In this document: piece after piece, positions 1 to 6,499 of the stretch
Layout of the letters: the number at the start of each line of letters is the position of its first letter
How positions within the stretch are numbered: position 1 is the stretch's first letter
DNA from: a virus
Lineage: Duplodnaviria > Heunggongvirae > Uroviricota > Caudoviricetes
Virus record (IMG/VR): IMGVR_UViG_2711768070_000020
Length of the DNA: 11,069 nt
Direction: 5' to 3' (one strand)
Made by a program: the position numbers and the translations under genes
Notes under the pieces: generated by a model
What the model was told of the DNA's origin: nothing
Database searches by the model: none
What the model saw: only the letters and a program-made list of their open reading frames with translations

Positions 1-144
1 GAAATTATTTGCCGCCTTCTTGAGGTATACCCTGATAAATTAAATGATGGTGATATATCCGCATTAGCTGGCCTTCTGGCAAAACTGTCAGGAAGTGTTG
101 CGCTGTGGTTAATTGATGAGAGAGCCGAACGCTATGAAAAATAA
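1..144 (+). CDS. Possible 3' end of an upstream gene cut by the window edge; product unknown
   Basis: Frame +1 is open from base 1 to TAA at 142-144 (47 sense codons, no stop). It overlaps the ATG at 134 of the next ORF. No recognisable motif. Confidence 0.25.
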   Translation, partial: EIICRLLEVYPDKLNDGDISALAGLLAKLSGSVALWLIDERAERYEK

Positions 145-376
145 TAAACTGGCGACCAGTGAATTAAGAAGCCTTGCCAACAGCGCAATATCTTTAAACA
201 ACGCAGCAAACGAAGTAATGAATATGTGGCTTCAGTCGCTGGTGAATAATGAACGCGATGAATCAACTGCAAGATTAATATTAGCCGTTTCTGAATTACT
301 GGATAGTTCAACCAGCAAAATAGAGAGCATATCAGAGAAGATTAACGGCTTATCAGGTCACGCTATCGGGGAATAA
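134..376 (+). CDS. Small hypothetical protein (81 aa from ATG 134; alternative starts TTG 113 / ATG 116)
   Basis: Six-frame ORF 113..376 with in-frame ATG at 134 (MKNNKLATSEL...). Predicted helical, S/N/L-rich, sits in the AT-richer segment. No family recognised. Confidence 0.45.
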   Translation: MKNNKLATSELRSLANSAISLNNAANEVMNMWLQSLVNNERDESTARLILAVSELLDSSTSKIESISEKINGLSGHAIGE

Positions 377-381
377 AAATA

Positions 382-681
382 ATGAAACTTAAATATCCTG
401 GCTTAACTGACAGCGGCAAAACTCGCACTAAATTCATGCGCGGGGATATTTACCGCGACCAGTACGGCGGCACGGTAATGATTAAGGGCGTGGAGGAACG
501 GCGCGTAACCTACCATCGTGAAGGCTACGAATATGATTGCGTGATGCCTGTTTATCAGTTCCGGCGTGATTTTTCTCTGGTACAGGCAGCGCCCCGCAGT
601 AAACCAACCAGCAGGGAGAAAGCACGCGCCAATATTCAGGAAATAAAAAAGATGCTTAACGTATTCAGGGGTAAAAAATGA
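382..681 (+). CDS. Hypothetical protein (99 aa), translationally coupled to the downstream replication gene
   Basis: ORF 382..681. Its TGA (679-681) overlaps the ATG (678-680) of the next gene in an ATGA arrangement. GGGGA lies upstream of the ATG. No family recognised. Confidence 0.55.
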   Translation: MKLKYPGLTDSGKTRTKFMRGDIYRDQYGGTVMIKGVEERRVTYHREGYEYDCVMPVYQFRRDFSLVQAAPRSKPTSREKARANIQEIKKMLNVFRGKK

Positions 682-2810
682 AACTGGCACCGAACGTAAA
701 AAAACAGCCACGCGGAATAAAACACAAAGACACAGAGGTGATTATTTTCGCGGGTAGTGATGCGTGGGCACATGCAAAACAGTGGCAGGAGCAGGACGGC
801 CCCGCATCCGGCGATAATGTGCCTCCTGTGTGGCTTGGGGAGCAGCAGTTATCAGAACTGGATAAGCTGCAAATTGTGCCGGAAGGCAGAAAATCCGTGC
901 GCATATTCAGGGCCGGACATCTTGCACCAGTAATGATCAAGGCGATTGGTCAAAAGCTGGCGGCGGCTGGTGTACAGGATGCAAATTTTTATCCTGAGGG
1001 TATGCACGGTCAGAAGGTGGAGAACTGGCGCGAATATCTGGCCCGTGAGCGGCAGAATCTTTCTGATGGTCTGGTTATTGAGTTTCCGGTAAAGAAAAAA
1101 GATACCGGAAGCCATAGCGATGACGAATTAAAGCCACGCGTTGAAAGTCGCGCCGATGGTGTTTTCTGGGTAACGCCCAAAGTGGATAAGCAGTCAGGCG
1201 AAATTATCCGGCCTGAGACGTGGTTATGTTCTCCGCTTGAACTACTGGGAACGGGGACGATCGGTAAAGAGCATTACCGCGTGATGCGCTGGAAAAAAAC
1301 CGCAAACCATGAAGTCATCACAATGGCGATCCCGTGTGGTGGTATCGGCGACCGTGACGGCTGGCGGTTACTTAAAGATCACGGGCTGAACGTGACAACC
1401 AACGGCAAATACAGGGCAATCCTGGCGGACTGGATGCAGTTAAGCGGAAGCCATGAGGAATGGCAGTTAAGCACAACAACGGGCTGGCATTTTGGCGCGT
1501 ACATCATGCCGGACGGTTCGATCATTGGTGAATCTGAAAAACCGATCCTGTTTACCGGAAAAAGCGCCGCGATTAACGGTTATTCCGTGGCGGGCACGGC
1601 GGATGGCTGGCGCGACAGCGTGGCGCGGCTGGCTGGCGGTAATGCCTCAATGATACTGGGTGTGGCAACGTCACTGGCAGCGCCTTTAATTGGCCTTGTG
1701 GGTGCTGACGGCTTCGGGGTGCATCTTTTCGAACAGTCATCGGCAGGTAAGACCACCACGCAGAACATCGCATCAAGTTTATGGGGAGAGCCGGACGCGC
1801 AGCGGCTGACCTGGTACGGCACGGCGTTAGGTATTGCCAATGAGGCCGAGGCCCATAATGACGGGCTTTTACCACTGGATGAGATAGGCCAGGCCGGAAA
1901 TGCGCGGGAAGTGTCAACGTCTGCTTATACGCTGTTTAACGGTTCAGGGAAATTGCAGGGGGCGAAGGATGGCGGCAACAGGGAGATCAAACACTGGCGA
2001 ACGGTGGCAATCAGCACCGGAGAAATGGACGTTGAGACATTCCTCAAAAGTGAGGGGATAAAAGTTAAGGCGGGGCAGCTTGTCCGACTGCTTAACGTTC
2101 CGATGGAAAAAGCCACGAAATTTCACGAATACAGCAACGGTAAGGAACATGCTGACGCGTTAAAGGATGCCTGGACAGCAAATCACGGGGCGGCGGGTCG
2201 TGAGTGGGTTAAATGGCTGGCAGGCCACCAGCAGGAGGCAAAGGACACGGTAAGGGAATGCCGCGAACGGTGGCGCAACCTGATACCGGAGAGTTACGGC
2301 GAGCAGGTCCACCGCGTGGGTGAACGTTTCGCCATACTGGAGGCCGCGCTTGTGCTTTCCGGTCATGTAACTGGCTGGGTCGTGCAGGAATGCCGCGACG
2401 CGATACAGCATAACTTTAATGCCTGGGTGAAGGAGTTCGGCACGGGTAACAGGGAATTTAAACAGATGGTTGAACAGGCTGAGGCGTTTTTGTCGTCGTT
2501 TGGGTTTAGCCGCTACCTTCCGTACCCCAATACAGATGAGCGTGATTTACCGATTAAAGAGCTTGCCGGATACAGAAAAGGGAGCATTCGCAACGAAGAT
2601 GACGAGATGCGCTATTACACGTTCCCGCACGTGTTTGAGAGTGAGATAGCGAAGGGATTTAATCCGGCGCATTTTGCGCGTGCCCTGGATGCTGCCGGAA
2701 TGCTGGAGAAGGGAAGCGATCGCCGATACAAAAAAAAGGCGCTGGGCAAGATTGGGGGTAAGCAGCATGTTTTTTACGTGCTGATGTTCCAGCCTGATGA
2801 TGAAGATTAA
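678..2810 (+). CDS. Primase/helicase-type replication initiator (Pri/Rep-like, 710 aa) with a P-loop-like motif
   Basis: Long ORF with AGGGGT 6 nt upstream of the ATG. Contains a P-loop-like motif SAGKTT (nt ~1737-1760). An iteron array follows immediately, which is the characteristic rep-ori arrangement of PICI/satellite replicons. Exact family not verifiable without a search. Confidence 0.7.
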   Translation: MKLAPNVKKQPRGIKHKDTEVIIFAGSDAWAHAKQWQEQDGPASGDNVPPVWLGEQQLSELDKLQIVPEGRKSVRIFRAGHLAPVMIKAIGQKLAAAGVQDANFYPEGMHGQKVENWREYLARERQNLSDGLVIEFPVKKKDTGSHSDDELKPRVESRADGVFWVTPKVDKQSGEIIRPETWLCSPLELLGTGTIGKEHYRVMRWKKTANHEVITMAIPCGGIGDRDGWRLLKDHGLNVTTNGKYRAILADWMQLSGSHEEWQLSTTTGWHFGAYIMPDGSIIGESEKPILFTGKSAAINGYSVAGTADGWRDSVARLAGGNASMILGVATSLAAPLIGLVGADGFGVHLFEQSSAGKTTTQNIASSLWGEPDAQRLTWYGTALGIANEAEAHNDGLLPLDEIGQAGNAREVSTSAYTLFNGSGKLQGAKDGGNREIKHWRTVAISTGEMDVETFLKSEGIKVKAGQLVRLLNVPMEKATKFHEYSNGKEHADALKDAWTANHGAAGREWVKWLAGHQQEAKDTVRECRERWRNLIPESYGEQVHRVGERFAILEAALVLSGHVTGWVVQECRDAIQHNFNAWVKEFGTGNREFKQMVEQAEAFLSSFGFSRYLPYPNTDERDLPIKELAGYRKGSIRNEDDEMRYYTFPHVFESEIAKGFNPAHFARALDAAGMLEKGSDRRYKKKALGKIGGKQHVFYVLMFQPDDED

Positions 2811-2832
2811 TCCCCTGTGTGAGGAAAAAAAT

Positions 2833-3148
2833 TGCGGGTTATGCGGGTTATCCTGTGTATAAGTGTATTAAGTGTATGAATATAAAGGAAATCAATAACC
2901 CGCACGTAACCCGCAAAAGGGCATTTATAACCCGCAAAAGCACGATTATAACCCGCAGGCGAATAACTGAAGTAACACCGGACAGTCATGCGTAACCCGC
3001 AGAAAAAACCCCGTTTGCGGGTTATTTTGAGCGTTTTGCGGGTTACGTGGTGAGCAAATAATAAACAGGGTGTTTTGCAACATGCTGATATAAAAGGGTA
3101 AAAAATGGTTAGCACGCTAAGATAACCCAATAACCCGCATAACCCGCA
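2833..3148. repeat. Iteron array / putative origin of replication: 11 copies of 9-mer TAACCCGCA (both orientations), followed by an AT tract
   Basis: TGCGGGTTA at 2833-2841, 2842-2850, 3016-3024, 3037-3045; TAACCCGCA at 2896-2904, 2907-2915, 2928-2936, 2949-2957, 2993-3001, 3131-3139, 3140-3148; partial TAACCCA at 3123-3129. (TA)n tract tatatatatataaa at ~3156-3170. Non-coding on + strand. Confidence 0.8.
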
Positions 3149-3182
3149 CATGTTTCTATATATATATAAATTGAGGTGGCAA

Positions 3183-3434
3183 ATGACCAGAACACGCAGA
3201 GACAGAACAGAGCCGAAATATAAAGCGTTAGATATAACAGAGCTGGCCTTAAAGGTGGCAATCAGAACGATAGACCGACACGTAGGGGAAGGATACGCGA
3301 AGGAACATCCCGACCTGATAAGCGCATTCATGACCACAGCAGCGGCAAACTTTGCCACGTTGACAGAACGGGAGATTGCCGAAGCGGAACAGGTAACAAC
3401 CATCAACGTTAAAACCGGAGAGTTGAAATCATGA
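3183..3434 (+). CDS. Hypothetical protein (83 aa)
   Basis: ORF 3150..3434 with ATG at 3183 preceded by GAGGTGG (MTRTRRDR...). Stop overlaps the next start (ATGA at 3431-3434). No family recognised. Confidence 0.5.
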   Translation: MTRTRRDRTEPKYKALDITELALKVAIRTIDRHVGEGYAKEHPDLISAFMTTAAANFATLTEREIAEAEQVTTINVKTGELKS

Positions 3435-3736
3435 GCGAACCAAAATTTGGTGAAAAACTTTACAAGCACAACGGACGGATCACGATTCAGCAAATAAGCG
3501 CAGCTACACCAGGCTGGTGGGTTGAAACAGACGAAGGATCCTCACCCGTGGCATCATGGGCGCTTTGTGTGCTTAGTTACCCTGACCGCGATGTGTATCA
3601 GGATATTCTGCCTGTGATATCCACTGACAAAGGCATGAAACCCGTAGACATCAAAAACATGGGTTTTCAGTGCGTAATGCTCACTGAAAAAATGATGGAA
3701 GAGATGAAAAAGAATAACGCCGGATCGCTTCACTGA
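3431..3736 (+). CDS. Hypothetical protein (101 aa)
   Basis: ORF 3431..3736, coupled to the upstream ORF by an ATGA overlap. No family recognised. Confidence 0.5.
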   Translation: MSEPKFGEKLYKHNGRITIQQISAATPGWWVETDEGSSPVASWALCVLSYPDRDVYQDILPVISTDKGMKPVDIKNMGFQCVMLTEKMMEEMKKNNAGSLH

Positions 3737-3745
3737 GGTGGCAAT

Positions 3746-4156
3746 ATGACAGCACAAATTGCAGCTTACGGGCGGCTGGTGGACGACCCGCAGGTAAAAC
3801 AGACCAGCAAGGGTACACCGATGACGCTGGCGCGTATGGCGGTATCGCTGCCATGCAGCCAGGCACAGGATGGACAGGCGACGTTATGGCTATCGGTCAT
3901 CGCATTTGGTAAGCAGGCCGACTTCCTGGCTAAACATCAAAAAGGCGACGTTGCCAGCGTATCCGGCACGATGCAGGTCAGCCAGTGGACCGGACAGAAC
4001 GGGGAAACGCGGCAGGGTTATCAGGTTATTGCAGACAGCGTAATCAGTGCCCGTGCGGCACGTCCTGGTGGGAGCCGACGCAAGACCACAGGCACACAGG
4101 GTAATCAGCCACCAGCGGGAGGCGATGACCCTTACGGTGATGATATTCCGTTCTGA
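3746..4156 (+). CDS. ssb: Single-stranded DNA-binding protein (short SSB, 136 aa) with canonical C-terminal acidic tip ...DDIPF
   Basis: GAGGTGG RBS 6 nt upstream of the ATG. N-terminal OB-fold-like pattern (GRLVDDPQV..., W..VIAFGKQADFLAKHQKGDVASVSGTMQVSQWTGQNGE) parallels bacterial SSB. Gly/Pro/Gln-rich linker and terminal PYGDDIPF match the SSB C-terminal protein-interaction tail. Confidence 0.75.
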   Translation: MTAQIAAYGRLVDDPQVKQTSKGTPMTLARMAVSLPCSQAQDGQATLWLSVIAFGKQADFLAKHQKGDVASVSGTMQVSQWTGQNGETRQGYQVIADSVISARAARPGGSRRKTTGTQGNQPPAGGDDPYGDDIPF

Positions 4157-4168
4157 GGGGTGGGGACG

Positions 4169-4441
4169 ATGGTACATGACCGCATAGCGGAAGAACTGGA
4201 GGCGAAAGGCTTTTACCGGAGAGCGTCGGCGCGATGGGGTGAAGTCATGCAACTGGTGGAGACAGACAAGGAACGGCATCAGGTTACGATGCGACGGCTG
4301 GAATGTTCCAGGAAGGCACAGAGGCCACCGGAGCCGCCGGATAATTACGGAGACCTGAAAAAGGCGGTCGATCGCACTTATGCCGAAATGGGTATGGATG
4401 GTGCTGGTGATGAAATATGGCGAAATTACCAGGACAGATAA
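4169..4441 (+). CDS. Small putative transcriptional regulator, tentatively PerC-like (90 aa; alternative GTG start at 4160)
   Basis: ORF 4160..4441 with ATG at 4169. The N-terminal segment IAEELEAKGFYRRASARWGEVM resembles what I recall of the PerC/Pch family of small activators found on enterobacterial islands. Assignment is from memory only. Confidence 0.4.
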   Translation: MVHDRIAEELEAKGFYRRASARWGEVMQLVETDKERHQVTMRRLECSRKAQRPPEPPDNYGDLKKAVDRTYAEMGMDGAGDEIWRNYQDR

Positions 4442-4447
4442 TCACAC

Positions 4448-4470
4448 AGCCGGAGCAATCCGGCTTTTTG
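4448..4470 (+). terminator. Rho-independent terminator after the small-gene cluster
   Basis: Stem AGCCGGA (4448-4454), loop GCAA, stem TCCGGCT (4459-4465), followed by TTTTT (4465-4469), directly after the stop at 4441. Confidence 0.6.
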
Positions 4471-4590
4471 TCATGTTTTGTAAATTATTTGTTCGTGGTT
4501 GTTCCACGTTGTTCGCTGACCGGATCGGCATATTTTACCCGAACTGAATCATGATTATTCTCGCCCGTGGTGCCAGGACGCTGGGGCCAC

Positions 4591-4638
4591 TTTCCCGCCT
4601 GTTAATGTGCTCGCCAATATTCATTACCAGGCGGGAAA
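4591..4638. promoter_or_regulatory. Perfect 11-bp inverted repeat TTTCCCGCCTG-N26-CAGGCGGGAAA upstream of the capsid operon; candidate operator/activator site or 5' leader structure
   Basis: Left arm 4591-4601 and right arm 4628-4638 are exact reverse complements. Located in the 287-bp intergenic region ~90 bp upstream of the capsid gene start. No U-tract follows, so it is not a typical terminator. Confidence 0.35.
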
Positions 4639-4728
4639 ACGATCGGTGCGATTGCTGATTTCCTTATGAAAAACGGTTGAGTGTTTGCCGCGTCCTGGAG
4701 TTCCTTACTTAACTTCAGGACTTTTTTT

Positions 4729-5886
4729 ATGCCGAGAATAATCGAATTACGCCAGCAGAAAACCGCCATTAAAAATCAGATGCGCGACATGCTGGAGAAC
4801 GCGGAAAAAGAAAACCGCAGCCTTAACGATGCTGAGGGCGCAAAATTTGACGAATTACGCGCTAAAGCTGAATCCCTCGATAAAGACATCTCCCGCCTTG
4901 AGGCCGTTGCTGACGAAGAGCGCAGTAAACCAGGCAAAAACAGCCAGACCACTGACCCCGCCGAACTACGTCACTACATTCTGACAGGTGAAACCCGCGC
5001 ATTGAGTACAGGCGTTCCCGCTGATGGTGGTTATACCGTTATCCCCGAACTGAACACCGAAATCATGCGAATGCTGACGGATGAATCCACCATGCGCCGC
5101 ATCTGTACCGTGAAGAAAATCAGCAGCAACGAGTTTAAGCAGCTTGTTTCCGCTGGCGGTGCGACCGTTAACCACGGTGAAGAGGGTAAGGCACGCGAAC
5201 AGACCAGCACCCCGCAGATTAACGAGGTGAGCATTAAGCTGTATCCGGTCTATGCGTACCCGCGCACCACGCAGGAAATCGTGGATTTTTCCGATGTGGA
5301 CATCCTTTCATGGCTGACGGGCGAGATTGGCGACACCTTCACGGAAACCGAAGAAAGCGATCTGGTTGTGGGCGACGGTGACAAAAAAGCAAAAGGTTTT
5401 TTATCCGTACCCCGTGCAGAGAAGAACGACAAAGAGCGTGATTTTGGTACGTTGCAGGTAATTAAACCTTCCGAATCTCTGGCGTGGACATCTGCGGACC
5501 CGCTGATCGACCTGAAATTTGCATTACGTAAAAAATACCGCAAAAACGCGGTTTGGGTGGTTAACTCCACGACGGCGGCAAAACTCCAGAAGGTGAAGAA
5601 CGCGAACGGTGATTACATCTGGCGCGACCGTTTACAGGCGGGTGATCCTGATACGTTGCTGGGCCTTCCGGTCGAATATCTGGAGTTTATGCCTGATAAC
5701 GTTATTGCCCTGGGTGACTTCAAACGCGGTTACTACATTGTTGATCACGAAACAGGTGTTCGCACCAGACCGGACAACCTCACAGAGCCGGGCTTTATCA
5801 AAATTTTCACGCAGAAATATTTAGGCGGTGGCGTGGTGGATTCGAACGCTATAAAGATTCTGGAACTGCCGCAGGACGACGATTAA
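4729..5886 (+). CDS. HK97-family major capsid protein with N-terminal coiled-coil delta (scaffold-like) domain (385 aa from ATG 4729; ORF opens at GTG 4681)
   Basis: AGGA ~9 nt upstream of ATG 4729. The charged helical N-terminus (ELRQQKTAIKNQMRDMLENAEKENRSLNDAEGAKFDELRAKAESLDKDISRLEAV) followed by a ~280-aa body is typical of HK97-type MCPs that carry their own scaffold domain. Genomic context with protease and portal supports the call. Confidence 0.85.
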   Translation: MPRIIELRQQKTAIKNQMRDMLENAEKENRSLNDAEGAKFDELRAKAESLDKDISRLEAVADEERSKPGKNSQTTDPAELRHYILTGETRALSTGVPADGGYTVIPELNTEIMRMLTDESTMRRICTVKKISSNEFKQLVSAGGATVNHGEEGKAREQTSTPQINEVSIKLYPVYAYPRTTQEIVDFSDVDILSWLTGEIGDTFTETEESDLVVGDGDKKAKGFLSVPRAEKNDKERDFGTLQVIKPSESLAWTSADPLIDLKFALRKKYRKNAVWVVNSTTAAKLQKVKNANGDYIWRDRLQAGDPDTLLGLPVEYLEFMPDNVIALGDFKRGYYIVDHETGVRTRPDNLTEPGFIKIFTQKYLGGGVVDSNAIKILELPQDDD

Positions 5887-5895
5887 CAGCACACC

Positions 5896-5925
5896 GAAGG
5901 GGCTAAAAAGCCCCTTCTCTGTTTT
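5896..5925 (+). terminator. Hairpin plus U-tract immediately after the capsid gene (partial terminator/attenuator)
   Basis: GAAGGGGC (5896-5903), loop TAAAAA, GCCCCTTC (5910-5917), then TCTGTTTT, 10 nt after the capsid stop and ahead of the protease RBS. Confidence 0.55.
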
Positions 5926-5940
5926 ACAGGTGAAAAAATT

Positions 5941-6498
5941 ATGATGAGTATGGAAATCCGGTCATCGGAAATCACCACCAGCGGCAGCAACACGCTTACG
6001 GGCTACGTTGTTCGCTGGGATAACCTTTCAGAACTGCTATGGGGCGAATTTTACGAAAAATTCCAGCGGGGGGCGTTTACTGAATGGCTTGCGGTGGGTA
6101 ATGACGTTCGCGGCCTGTATGAGCATGACCACAGCATGTTACTGGGGCGCACCCGTTCCGGTACGCTGAGACTGGAAGAGGATGACACAGGGTTACGTTT
6201 TGAACTGATCCCACCGGATACCAGCACAGGGCGGGACGTTATCGAACTGGTTAAACGTGGTGACATCTCGGGCATGAGCTTTGGCTTTCGTTCCCGTAAG
6301 GATGTATGGGATACGACAGTCGATCCATGTGTGCGTACTGTACTGATAGCGGAACTGTACGAAATTACCGTGACATCCGTACCGGCTTACCCTGATTCCG
6401 GCGTGGAGCTGGCCCGCCGTTCCCTGTATGAGCAGCACCCTGAAAAAATGCCTCGTGCGGATAATCGCCGCTGGTGGGCGGATTTAGCGGGGGTGTGA
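5941..6498 (+). CDS. HK97-family prohead (head maturation) protease, S78/U35 type (185 aa)
   Basis: AGGTGA RBS 8 nt upstream of the ATG. Sequence pattern (LTGYVVRWDNLSE..., GLYEHDHSMLLGRT, ISGMSFGF, ITVTSVPAYPDS) is typical of HK97-type prohead proteases. Positioned between capsid and portal genes. Confidence 0.8.
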   Translation: MMSMEIRSSEITTSGSNTLTGYVVRWDNLSELLWGEFYEKFQRGAFTEWLAVGNDVRGLYEHDHSMLLGRTRSGTLRLEEDDTGLRFELIPPDTSTGRDVIELVKRGDISGMSFGFRSRKDVWDTTVDPCVRTVLIAELYEITVTSVPAYPDSGVELARRSLYEQHPEKMPRADNRRWWADLAGV

Positions 6499-6499
6499 T

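Noticed and set aside
403-2768. Multiple reverse-strand ORFs (e.g. 403..711, 1573..1917, 2160..2411, 2547..2768) inside the + strand small ORF and replication gene
   Set aside because: All are embedded antisense in a long, well-supported + strand gene. They are short, with Arg/Pro/Ser-rich translations typical of antisense frames in GC-rich coding DNA.
2847-2857. Possible DnaA box (TTATCCTGT) within the origin region
   Set aside because: Three mismatches to the TTATCCACA consensus in a short window. Not distinguishable from chance.
2833-3148. Possible CRISPR array, given the short repeats
   Set aside because: The repeats are only 9 bp, occur in both orientations and have irregular spacing of 2-40 bp. 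That is inconsistent with CRISPR repeat-spacer structure and consistent with iterons.
3075-3180. Sigma70-like promoter for the small-gene operon inside the ori AT-rich region (TTGCAA at 3075-3080 with downstream A/T-rich hexamers)
   Set aside because: No -10 hexamer at correct spacing could be matched convincingly by eye. A promoter is plausible but not supportable from sequence alone.
2807-3493. 228-aa reverse-strand ORF spanning the iteron region and the first small + strand gene
   Set aside because: It runs through the repeat array and AT tract, so its translation is dominated by repeat-derived sequence. It overlaps + strand genes that have RBSs and coupling, and there is no start context. 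Judged a chance open frame.
4681-4728. GTG at 4681 as the capsid start codon (as in the ORF track)
   Set aside because: ATG at 4729 has an AGGA Shine-Dalgarno at appropriate spacing, and the conserved-looking N-terminus begins there. The 16 upstream codons encode a hydrophobic extension with no RBS.
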